Below are positions 9,526 to 17,757 of a DNA stretch of 52,938 bases, in pieces. Origin of the DNA: an uncultured Candidatus Saccharibacteria bacterium (GTDB taxonomy: Bacteria; Patescibacteriota; Minisyncoccia; JACQLN01); assembly GCA_964526375.1 (NCBI GenBank), contig CAZGLK010000002.1, forward strand, positions 1 through 52,938, given 5' to 3'. The position numbers were made by a program, and so were the translations under genes. Numbering within the stretch: the first letter of the stretch is position 1; each line of letters starts with the position of its first letter. The notes beneath the pieces were generated by a model. The model was not told the origin of the DNA. It ran no database searches and saw only the letters and a list, made by a program, of their open reading frames with translations.

Positions 9526-9530
9526 TGAAT

Positions 9531-9658
9531 TTTGATAACATAATCCAAAAAATCCTAATGTATCCTAATGCTCCGAATGAACCAAAGTAATTGGATAACT
9601 AGGTAATTAAGTAGTTAGGAACATTCGGATGAATTAGTAGTTTGGGATTATTTTATCG
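9531..9658. repeat. Family-A long palindrome
   Basis: The outer arms are TTTGATAACATAATCCAAAAAATCCTAATG...GCTCCGAATGA and AACATTCGGATGAATTAGTAGTTTGGGATTATTTTATC. Confidence 0.85.
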
Positions 9659-9666
9659 ACCTGCAT

Positions 9667-11463
9667 ATGTCCTTATTCAAAAAAACCGAAAAGCCAAAAA
9701 CCACCCAGCCGAGTTCGGAAACGGCCAACCAAAACCTGGCCGATGTTCTGGCTCCGGCCGCGGTTAAGGTCAGCCCGAGTTTTTTGCAAGTGGGCGAAAA
9801 GTTTTCGCGCACCATTTTTGCCGCCACCTACCCGCGCTATTTGAGCGTCAGCTGGTTTTCGCCGGTAATAAACCTGGACCGGGTTTTGGATGTAACACTC
9901 TACATTCAACCGGCCGAAACTGGCCCGGTGCTAAAGCGGCTCACCAAAAAAACAGCCCAAATCGGCGCCCAAATATCCGAAAAAGAAGAAGGCGGCTTCA
10001 TTCGCGACCCCATGCTGGAAACGGCTTACCAAGATTTGGAAAGCCTGCGCGATCAGCTTCAGCAGGGCACCGAAAGGTTTTTCAAACTGGGCCTTTATAT
10101 TACTTTTTATGCCGATTCGGAAAAAGAACTGGGCGAGACGGAAAAGAAACTAAACACCTTAATGGAATCCAAACTTGTTTACACCAAGGTGGCCGTGTTT
10201 CAGCAACAACAGGGTTTTAATTCCACCCTGCCGCTAAATTTGGATCGCTTGGCCGTCTACAACAGCCTAAACACCGGGCCGCTCTCCACCTTTTTTCCGT
10301 TTGTTTCGGCCGATTTAACTTCCAACAAGGGCGTGCTTTACGGCCTTAACCGCCACAACAACGGCTTGATACTTTTTGACCGCTTCTCGCTGGAGAACGC
10401 CAATATGGTGGTCTTTGCCAAATCGGGCTCGGGCAAAAGCTACACCGTTAAGCTGGAGGTTCTGCGCTCGCTGATGCTGGGCGACGAGGTGGTTATTATT
10501 GACCCCGAAAGCGAATACAAGTATTTAAGCGATGTGGTCGGCGGCACATTCACCAGCATCTCTTTAACCTCGCCCCACCACATCAATCCTTTTGACTTAA
10601 CCGAACCCCGCGAAGATGAAAGCCCAGCCGAAGCTCTGCGGGCCAACATCATCCAATTATCCGGCCTGTTAAAAGTAATGCTGGGGCAGTTAACGCCCGA
10701 GGAAGACGCCATTATTGACCGGGCTTTAAGCGAAACTTACGCTACGCGCGACATCACCATGGAAAACGACTGGCGCGGCAAAACCGTTCCTTTAATGAGC
10801 GATTTATACACCGTGCTAAAGAATATGGCCGGGGCCGAAAAACTGGCCGTAAGATTGGAAAAATTCGTCAGCGGCTCTTTTTCGGGCTTTTTAAACCAGC
10901 CCACCAATGTGGCGCTTAACAATAGTTTAATGGTTTTTTCCATACGTGATCTGGAGCCGGAATTGCGACCCATAGCCATGTACATTCTGCTGCACTTTGT
11001 GTGGAACTTAATTCGCGCCCAAAGGAAAAAAAGGATCATGGTGGTGGACGAGGCCTGGTGGATGATGCAGCACCCCGAAGCCGCGGCCTTTTTGTTTAGC
11101 ATCGCCAAGCGCTGCCGCAAATACTACCTGGGGCTGACCACCATAACGCAGGATGTGGAGGATTTTATGAAATCGCCCTTCGGCAAACCCATTGTTACCA
11201 ATTCTTCCCTGCAAATTTTGCTTAAACAATCGCCGGCGGCCGTGGACATAGTGGCCCAGACTTTTAATTTAACCGATGCGGAAAAGTTTTTGCTTTTGGA
11301 ATCCAATGTGGGCGAGGGCATATTCATAGCCGGCCTAAAACGCGCCGCCATCAAGGTGGTGGCTTCCTACACCGAAGATCAGGTCATAACCTCCGACCCA
11401 GCCCAGCTTTTGGAAATAGAAGCGGCTAAGAAAGAATTGGCAAACACTACCAATTACCAATAG
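9667..11463 (+). CDS. virB4: VirB4/PrgJ/TraE-type T4SS ATPase
   Basis: The 598-aa ORF has Walker A AKSGSGKSYT and Walker B MVVDEAWWMM. Its N-terminal IFAATYPRYLSVSWF module is typical of VirB4. Confidence 0.88.
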   Translation: MSLFKKTEKPKTTQPSSETANQNLADVLAPAAVKVSPSFLQVGEKFSRTIFAATYPRYLSVSWFSPVINLDRVLDVTLYIQPAETGPVLKRLTKKTAQIGAQISEKEEGGFIRDPMLETAYQDLESLRDQLQQGTERFFKLGLYITFYADSEKELGETEKKLNTLMESKLVYTKVAVFQQQQGFNSTLPLNLDRLAVYNSLNTGPLSTFFPFVSADLTSNKGVLYGLNRHNNGLILFDRFSLENANMVVFAKSGSGKSYTVKLEVLRSLMLGDEVVIIDPESEYKYLSDVVGGTFTSISLTSPHHINPFDLTEPREDESPAEALRANIIQLSGLLKVMLGQLTPEEDAIIDRALSETYATRDITMENDWRGKTVPLMSDLYTVLKNMAGAEKLAVRLEKFVSGSFSGFLNQPTNVALNNSLMVFSIRDLEPELRPIAMYILLHFVWNLIRAQRKKRIMVVDEAWWMMQHPEAAAFLFSIAKRCRKYYLGLTTITQDVEDFMKSPFGKPIVTNSSLQILLKQSPAAVDIVAQTFNLTDAEKFLLLESNVGEGIFIAGLKRAAIKVVASYTEDQVITSDPAQLLEIEAAKKELANTTNYQ

Positions 11464-11533
11464 TTACGAATATACCAATGGATTAAAGTAATTATTAGTA
11501 GATTAGTAACTATTCGTAATTAGTAGGGAATAT

Positions 11534-11974
11534 GTGTCCTATCAAGACGAATTAGAGGAATTAAAACTAGAGGGTATTGAAGAAGAAGACATTGAGGCGG
11601 CCAAAAAAGGAAGTTTGGATGAGCCGGAGTTCCCTTTTTTAATATTTACACTCGCCGTAGCCAAAGATATTGTTGATTGGTTGAGCGTGGAAACGGTCGG
11701 GTTAATAGGCTCCCTTGTAACTCTTGTTGTCGCACCTATAATGTTCATTCACTATCGCGGTAAAGCCAGTCGGATTAAAAGAACAATATACAAGAGAATG
11801 GCCACAGCTGTTATTGCCAGCTTGATACCCGGCGTAAATGTTATCCTCCCAGAATGGTCTTTGTTTGTGATAATAGCCTACTCTAAAGATCGCTCTCAGG
11901 TTTTGAGGATTATAGACTTTGCCGCAAAGTTTGGGAGGTCGTCAAAATTATCCCCAAAAACAAGCTCAAAATGA
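11534..11974 (+). CDS. Small membrane protein (hypothetical, T4SS cluster)
   Basis: The 146-aa ORF has a GTG start, an acidic N-terminus and then 3 hydrophobic segments. Its end overlaps the next ORF by 4 nt. Confidence 0.55.
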   Translation: MSYQDELEELKLEGIEEEDIEAAKKGSLDEPEFPFLIFTLAVAKDIVDWLSVETVGLIGSLVTLVVAPIMFIHYRGKASRIKRTIYKRMATAVIASLIPGVNVILPEWSLFVIIAYSKDRSQVLRIIDFAAKFGRSSKLSPKTSSK

Positions 11975-12939
11975 TCAGGAAAACAATTTTTACAATTTCA
12001 ACACTGATCGGTTTAGCCCTTGTTGTTATTGTCGGACTTCCGATGTCCGATACGCGGGCAGTCAATGATTCTCTTGTACCAAATCTGAATGACCCGGAAT
12101 TGGAACAGGCCTTAAATACCGTCAGACAACGACAAACAACGCCAAACCCTCGACAAGAAGACCCGGCCGCATCGCCAGACGAAACAACCGCTGTCAGCGC
12201 CGAGGATTTTAGAAAACTTCAGGAACTTTTTCAGGCCCTTGATCAAAATTCTTTGCTTGGGCAAAACAGACAAGACGGCAATGATTTTGAGCTGGATTTA
12301 ATATGGAAAACCAATACCTTGGTACCTTATGACTATCCCGGCAAGGCTCTGCCGGGCGCTCTCTCTGCAATAAGTGTTTATGCCTTAGCCAATGTGCCTA
12401 ATCCGGAAAAGCTGGAATACAACTGGATCGTAGACGACGCTTCTTCTTATCGCGAAGGCCCAGACCAAGTTGGCATAGGACAGAGCGTTTTTAACTGGAT
12501 TACTTTTGTGGTGCCAAACTATACCCACAGAATTAAGGTATCAGCTAAAGACCCGTCCACGGAAAAAGTCTCCTCTGCCTCGCTTTCTTTTAAAACCCAG
12601 CGGCCCGAAGCATATGTTTATTTTAAGCAGAATAACAACTATAACAACTTGTCTCCGGCAAGAATGAGTTTTCTGCCGGACCAAGAGCAAATGTTTTTAA
12701 TCCGTCCGTTTTATTTTAACGCCGCAAATATCGCTGGACTTGATTTTAACTGGTATCTGGACGGCGAGAAAATTGATGAGTCTAGCGCCCAGCCGGATAT
12801 CTTGCCCATCCACATCAGTAAAAGAACAACCCTTGGCACCCAAACCAATATCCGTTTGGAGGTAATAAATAAAAGCAAAAGCCGCAGCGCCAACGAAAGG
12901 GTGAATGTAAGAAGAGACATTAGCGTGGCGGGGGAATAA
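11971..12939 (+). CDS. Hypothetical secreted/anchored protein (T4SS cluster)
   Basis: The 322-aa ORF has an N-terminal TM/signal segment and is translationally coupled to the upstream ORF. Confidence 0.6.
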   Translation: MIRKTIFTISTLIGLALVVIVGLPMSDTRAVNDSLVPNLNDPELEQALNTVRQRQTTPNPRQEDPAASPDETTAVSAEDFRKLQELFQALDQNSLLGQNRQDGNDFELDLIWKTNTLVPYDYPGKALPGALSAISVYALANVPNPEKLEYNWIVDDASSYREGPDQVGIGQSVFNWITFVVPNYTHRIKVSAKDPSTEKVSSASLSFKTQRPEAYVYFKQNNNYNNLSPARMSFLPDQEQMFLIRPFYFNAANIAGLDFNWYLDGEKIDESSAQPDILPIHISKRTTLGTQTNIRLEVINKSKSRSANERVNVRRDISVAGE

Positions 12940-13005
12940 AAAACAAAAAACAGCCGTGATATCAACCAGCAGGCCACGGCGAGAGTGGATATAAATGTTA
13001 CACAA

Positions 13006-13108
13006 TGACAAATTTCAAAGCTCAAATATCAAATCAAATCCAAATGACTAAATGACAAATTTGAATTTTGGGCTTTGGGTTTTATTTGACATTTGGATTT
13101 TGACATTA
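13006..13108. repeat. Family-B palindrome, empty form
   Basis: It uses the same CAAATTTCAAAGCTCAAAT / TTTGACATTTGGATTTTGACAT words as the copies at 8731 and 16656. Confidence 0.75.
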
Positions 13109-13128
13109 GACACTAAGAAAAAGTATTC

Positions 13129-14037
13129 ATGAAAAGATTTTTATTGATAGCTATCGGTGTCGCTACAACAATAATGCCGCTTGTATCTTTAGCTTTGGAG
13201 GTTGATTTTCCTTCCATTGCCGGCCAGGCGCCGACCGATTCCTTTGGCCCGGCTCAATGGATCAGTTACATTTTTGTTTTTAGCTTGGCTGTGGTGGGCC
13301 TGGCCATAATTTACGCTCTGGTGCGGGCCGGGTTTTTGTGGATGACCGCGGGCGACAACAGCGGCAAAATAACAGAGGCCAGAGACTGGATCAAGGGCGC
13401 GGTGATTGGTTTGGTGATTCTGGTGGGCTCGGTGACATTTTTAAGGATGATAAACCCGCAGCTTGTAACTCTAAAAAACCCGCAAATTAAAATCATCGGC
13501 ACGCTGGATTATTGGAAAGCGCTCTTTACCGGAGGCAGTTCTACAAAATTTTGTACCTACTTCTCCAAGTGCAAAGAGGGTGAGGGTGAGTGTGTTAATC
13601 AAGCAGGAGAGATAGTGAATGAACCCGGTGAATTCGGGATATGTGACGCCGAGGCTGTGGGTGTGCCACAATACCAATTAGTTCGTGAAACAAAAATAGG
13701 TTCAGCTTGTTTTGGCCACCTAGAGTGCGAATCTGGGTTTTGTTCTGGTTTTACAGCGGCACCACCACGAAGCGGTACTTGCCAAAACCCACCTTTTGAT
13801 CGACCGGCATTGAAACAAAATGGCGAGGTGTGCGAAAACCATAATGTGTGTCAATCTGGTGTTTGTAATGGCTATGTCGGCTATCCTTTTAAAACGGGCA
13901 TATGTGCTGATCGATCAGTATTGAAAGCGGATGGCGAGAATTGCACAAAAAATGATGTGTGCCAATCTGGTTTCTGCGCCGGTTTTAATGCCTATCCTTA
14001 TACTGTCGGTGCGTGTGCGGAACGACCGGCCACATAA
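13129..14037 (+). CDS. VirB2/TrbC-like pilin module fused to a triple Cys-rich repeat domain
   Basis: A signal peptide plus two TM helices (ISYIFVFSLAVVGLAII; AVIGLVILVGSV) give a pilin-like N-terminus. Three repeats follow with the pattern C-x5-C-x-SG-x-C-x-G ... G-x-C. Confidence 0.65.
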   Translation: MKRFLLIAIGVATTIMPLVSLALEVDFPSIAGQAPTDSFGPAQWISYIFVFSLAVVGLAIIYALVRAGFLWMTAGDNSGKITEARDWIKGAVIGLVILVGSVTFLRMINPQLVTLKNPQIKIIGTLDYWKALFTGGSSTKFCTYFSKCKEGEGECVNQAGEIVNEPGEFGICDAEAVGVPQYQLVRETKIGSACFGHLECESGFCSGFTAAPPRSGTCQNPPFDRPALKQNGEVCENHNVCQSGVCNGYVGYPFKTGICADRSVLKADGENCTKNDVCQSGFCAGFNAYPYTVGACAERPAT

Positions 14038-14068
14038 ATATAGAGTTATGTTTGTTTGTGTTTAAGTT

Positions 14069-15292
14069 TTGTTTTATATTTTCTGGCAGAATACCCCCGC
14101 GGCTTGCCTGCCTGCGGTAGGCAGGTTGCGGGGATTTCTATTGTTAGCTGTCGCCACTCAAACCGTGTCCCAAAAAACCAAAAAAATCCTAAAAATAACT
14201 GCTGTTGTTCTGGTAATAGTTTTTATCGGACTTTTGGTTTATTATTTCTTTTTTGAAGAAAAACCGCCCAAGATTGGCCCAGTAGGCGAGGGCGGGCTAC
14301 CTCCAGTAGTAGAAGAAGGAGCGCCCGGAGCCAAACCCAGGTTAATAGCTCTAACGGAAGAAGCGGTTTTAGGCGCTAGTTTAACCTCCGATAACAAGAT
14401 AAACTATGTGGCTTGGGATGGCGCAATTAAGCAGATAGATTTTAACGGCGAGAGCGACGAGAACCTTGGATCTATTGCGGTTGAGCGCATTGGCAAGGTT
14501 TTGTTTTCCAGCGACGGCCAAAAAATAGCTCTTAGTCACACCCTTCCCTCCGGCACCAAGAGAATCTTAATCTATGATCTCTCCAACCGCGTGCTTAAAG
14601 CCCTGCCGCAAAACTCCGTTTTTGCCGCTTTCAGCCCTAATGCCGGCGAAGATCGTTTAATTTATGGTTTGTTGGAAGGGGTTAATACCCGGCTGATTTC
14701 CTCTAACATCGCTGGCACCCAAACCCAGGCCATTACCAGTGTTAAAATTCCTGATCTAGCAACAGAATGGACCCACAAAGATTTTCTAACTCTTAAAACC
14801 AAACCGTCTGGTTTAGCTTATGGCCTTTTGTATACTCTGGATCTTAAGACCAAAAGGTTGCAAAGGGTTTTTGGCAACGTTTACGGCTTAACTTCTATTT
14901 TTTCACCCTCGCACACCAAAATTTTGTACTCCCAGACCTCTGACCGAGGTTTTGATTACAAGCTCGCTGTTTTAAATTTAACCCAAAAACAAAACCGCGA
15001 GCTTAGTATTTTTACCCTGCCCGAAAAATGCGTTTTTGCCAAAGACGACCGAACCATATTCTGTGCCGTTATTCTAAGCCAGGAAGACCATATTATGCCA
15101 GACGACTATTACAAAGGGTTGGTTGATTCGGAGGGAAATGACATCCTTAAACTCAACCTGGACACCCGCCAACAGGAAAAGGTCATTCACGCCAACATAG
15201 ACGCCGCTGACTTATTTTTATCACCCGACGAGACCTATCTCTTCTTTATAAACAAAATAGACGGCAGATTATATCGCTTGATGTTGGAATAG
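14069..15292 (+). CDS. Membrane-anchored protein with a TolB-like beta-propeller appearance
   Basis: The 407-aa ORF has an uncertain start: TTG at 14069, with an alternative GTG at 14165 just before the TM helix ITAVVLVIVFIGLLVYYFFF. It contains repeated beta-strand-rich segments. Confidence 0.6.
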   Translation: MFYIFWQNTPAACLPAVGRLRGFLLLAVATQTVSQKTKKILKITAVVLVIVFIGLLVYYFFFEEKPPKIGPVGEGGLPPVVEEGAPGAKPRLIALTEEAVLGASLTSDNKINYVAWDGAIKQIDFNGESDENLGSIAVERIGKVLFSSDGQKIALSHTLPSGTKRILIYDLSNRVLKALPQNSVFAAFSPNAGEDRLIYGLLEGVNTRLISSNIAGTQTQAITSVKIPDLATEWTHKDFLTLKTKPSGLAYGLLYTLDLKTKRLQRVFGNVYGLTSIFSPSHTKILYSQTSDRGFDYKLAVLNLTQKQNRELSIFTLPEKCVFAKDDRTIFCAVILSQEDHIMPDDYYKGLVDSEGNDILKLNLDTRQQEKVIHANIDAADLFLSPDETYLFFINKIDGRLYRLMLE

Positions 15293-15375
15293 GGTATAGG
15301 GTATAGGGTATAGGAAGAGATTCGGGGTATCTTCTGATTTTACCCTAGTGGCTAAACCCTAACCCCTATACCCCA

Positions 15376-15831
15376 TTAAACTGGTTTGATCACCACCCTC
15401 CTCTCCTCTCCCTCACCCACGCTTTGGCTGGCAACTCCTTCTATTTTCTCCACCGCCAAGTGCACAATCCGCCGCTCGGCGGCGCAAAGAGGCGGCAGTT
15501 CCGCTGTTTTTTTGCTCTCCAACACCTCAAGGGCGGTGTTTTTGGCCAAAGACGTTAAATAGTCCTCGCGCTCTTTTTGATAATTATTGATGTCCAAAAC
15601 AAAATTGCCCGGATAAAAAATATTTCCGGTTTTTTTTGAAACCATCAGCAAAAGTATGTGCTGAAGAGCCCGCAGGTTTTCGCCGCCGTGGCCTATTAAA
15701 AACCCGGCCTCGTCCACAGTGGTATTGACCTTCAAGCCAGCGGTATCGGCCTCAACGCTAATCCGGGCTTCTACGCCCATAAAGTCCAGCAGCTCTTTGG
15801 TTAAGTTTTCAGCTATTTGCGCCGTCTCCAT
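15376..15831 (-). CDS. jag: Jag/KhpB-type RNA-binding protein (KH + R3H)
   Basis: FLIGHGGENLRALQH matches a KH domain and ERRIVHLAV matches R3H. The ATG at 15831 is preferred because the track start at 15855 lies in the family-A repeat. The gene is downstream of yidC, as is usual. Confidence 0.85.
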   Translation of the reverse strand: METAQIAENLTKELLDFMGVEARISVEADTAGLKVNTTVDEAGFLIGHGGENLRALQHILLLMVSKKTGNIFYPGNFVLDINNYQKEREDYLTSLAKNTALEVLESKKTAELPPLCAAERRIVHLAVEKIEGVASQSVGEGEERRVVIKPV

Positions 15832-15840
15832 AAATACTAA

Positions 15841-15936
15841 GATAAAATAATCCAAAGCTACAAATTCATCCTAATTATCCGAATAGATTTTATTAGGAGC
15901 ATTGGGATATATTAGGATTTTTGGGATTATGTTATC
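15841..15936. repeat. Family-A long palindrome
   Basis: The sequence is GATAAAATAATCCAAAGCTACAAATTCATCCTAAT ... TTAGGATTTTTGGGATTATGTTATC. It overlaps the yidC stop codon. Confidence 0.8.
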
Positions 15937-16648
15937 AATTTTTATGTCTGGGGCGCATAATAGCATACTGCTGGATAATAGTAAACAAAGTGGTTACCAG
16001 CCAGTAAAGGGCCAGTCCCGAGGGCAACTTCCAAGAAATTATAATCGTCAGCACCGGCAAAAAATAAAGGGTCTGTTTGGAAATCGCTTGAGCCATGTAT
16101 TCGTCTGAACTTTTGGGCACAGAGGGCAGTTTCTTTTTGGGCAAGATCATTTTGGCCTGCCAAAACTGGGTTAGGCCCGCCAAAACAGCCAATATTTTAT
16201 TGGCCCGGGAAAGATCAACCCAATTTAGGGAAATGGGATTGATCGCTCCGGGGTTAGCCACAAAAGGGTACAGCATTTCCAGACTGCTGTTGTGCAAACC
16301 CTTCAAAAAAACCTGGTACAGGGCTATTAAAATGGGCAGTTGAATTATTAAGGGCAAACAGCCCGAGAACGGATTAACCTTGTTGCTTTTGTAAAGCGCC
16401 ATCAGCGCCCGAGCTTGTTCTTCTTTGTTGTCTTTGTGTTTTTCTTGAACGGCCTTAATTTGGGGCTGCAAATCCTGCAGGGCTTTTTGAGATTTTATGG
16501 CTTTTTGCGACAAGGGCAAAAAGACTAACTTAATCAGCAGAGTCAGCAAAACAATGGCCAGGCCAATGTCGGAAAAGGCGATGTTATAAAAAAAGACCAG
16601 CAGGTTGAACAGGGGACGGTAAAGAAGTTCGTTGAATAGGGAAACCAT
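15935..16648 (-). CDS. yidC: Membrane protein insertase YidC
   Basis: The sequence is of the short Gram-positive-type YidC family, with PLSQKAIKSQKALQDLQP and CLPLIIQLPILIALY. The ATG at 16648 is preferred over 16669, which lies in a family-B repeat. Confidence 0.9.
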   Translation of the reverse strand: MVSLFNELLYRPLFNLLVFFYNIAFSDIGLAIVLLTLLIKLVFLPLSQKAIKSQKALQDLQPQIKAVQEKHKDNKEEQARALMALYKSNKVNPFSGCLPLIIQLPILIALYQVFLKGLHNSSLEMLYPFVANPGAINPISLNWVDLSRANKILAVLAGLTQFWQAKMILPKKKLPSVPKSSDEYMAQAISKQTLYFLPVLTIIISWKLPSGLALYWLVTTLFTIIQQYAIMRPRHKN

Positions 16649-16655
16649 GTTAAAA

Positions 16656-16740
16656 ATATCAAATTTCAAAGCTCAAATGTCAAAAAGATTATTTTGGATT
16701 TTGAATTTTGTTTGATATTTGGATTTTGACATTTGGATTT
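16656..16740. repeat. Family-B palindrome, empty form
   Basis: The arms are ATATCAAATTTCAAAGCTCAAATGTC and GATATTTGGATTTTGACATTTGGATTT. Confidence 0.75.
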
Positions 16741-16746
16741 ATTTAC

Positions 16747-16977
16747 TCAAACACACCGGCTAATTCTCCTCAATGTTAACCATAATCCCCTAACCACACC
16801 GTATCGTCCAACAGACTGCACGCAGTATTCCGAACAAGTCGGCTGGAAACGGCAACCCGGCCGCGTGGCTCCATACAAATTAAAAATGGGCAAAAGATAG
16901 ATAAACTTAAACAGCCCCCGTCGGGGCGATAATGTTTTTTGGTACAGTTTGACTATGTTAATGACTATATCTCTCAT
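16747..16977 (-). CDS. yidD: Membrane protein insertion efficiency factor YidD
   Basis: The motif CRFQPTCSEYCVQSVGRYG...RRISRC is present, and the gene overlaps rnpA by 4 nt. Confidence 0.88.
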   Translation of the reverse strand: MRDIVINIVKLYQKTLSPRRGLFKFIYLLPIFNLYGATRPGCRFQPTCSEYCVQSVGRYGVVRGLWLTLRRISRCV

Positions 16978-17264
16978 GAGCCGATAATTCTTTTTCGGGC
17001 TGTTTGAAACATTGCCGCTAAATCAGATTTAATGTCACCAAACTTTTGACCGACACCGCCGGGTTTAACCGCAACTTTAATATGGCAAGCTTTAGCCAGA
17101 TCCGGAGCCAGCTCTCTTACTATAACCCTGACGCGGCGTCTAATTTTGTTGCGATCCACCGCCAGCTTGGCCATTTTCTTGCTTACGCTTACACCTAATT
17201 TACCGACTCGATCGGTTGGCTTACGACTTAAAACAACATCAAACCACAAACCATTCACCCTCAT
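16974..17264 (-). CDS. rnpA: RNase P protein component
   Basis: The 96-aa basic ORF carries [14 protein letters not shown] and lies between rpmH and yidD. Confidence 0.88.
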   Translation of the reverse strand: MRVNGLWFDVVLSRKPTDRVGKLGVSVSKKMAKLAVDRNKIRRRVRVIVRELAPDLAKACHIKVAVKPGGVGQKFGDIKSDLAAMFQTARKRIIGS

Positions 17265-17398
17265 AGCGCTAATCTCTTTCTACCCTTAAGCCTGCGTCTT
17301 CTTATGGTATTACGGCCGGACTTGGTTGACATCCTTTTAAAGAACCCGTGGGTTCTAGCTCTTTTCTTTTTTTTGGGGCGATATTTTGTTGTCTTCAT
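17261..17398 (-). CDS. rpmH: 50S ribosomal protein L34
   Basis: This ORF is absent from the ORF track because it is shorter than 60 aa. My translation of the minus strand gives [45 protein letters not shown]. The stop overlaps the rnpA start (ATGA). Confidence 0.92.
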   Translation of the reverse strand: MKTTKYRPKKKKRARTHGFFKRMSTKSGRNTIRRRRLKGRKRLAL

Positions 17399-17579
17399 AA
17401 CAAACCACTTCCTACCAATTACGAATAGTTACTAATCTACCAATCAAGCTTACAAGATTTATTAGTATATTCGTACCGATTGGTAATTAGTAGGGGATAG
17501 ATTATTTTATCAACTAGTTCTAGTGTACCAACAACCGGCAAAAGATACAAACACAACGAGGATTGGTTGATGTAAAACA

Positions 17580-17610
17580 AAATCCACATTTCCTCAACAA
17601 CTTATCCACA
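17580..17610. promoter_or_regulatory. DnaA boxes upstream of dnaA
   Basis: A perfect TTATCCACA lies at 17602-17610 and AAATCCACA at 17580-17588. A TATAAT at 17655-17660 is a plausible dnaA -10 element. Confidence 0.7.
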
Positions 17611-17757
17611 TTAATAGGGTTGTGAGTCAAATTTTTCTTTACTTGGCCGTGTGATATAATGACCAGCGAACAAAAGTTCTCACCGCTACCGATCAAGTCT
17701 GCTTAAGAGGTGTTTGCGTTGGGTAATTAAATTAAAAACCTAAAAACAAAACAAGGC

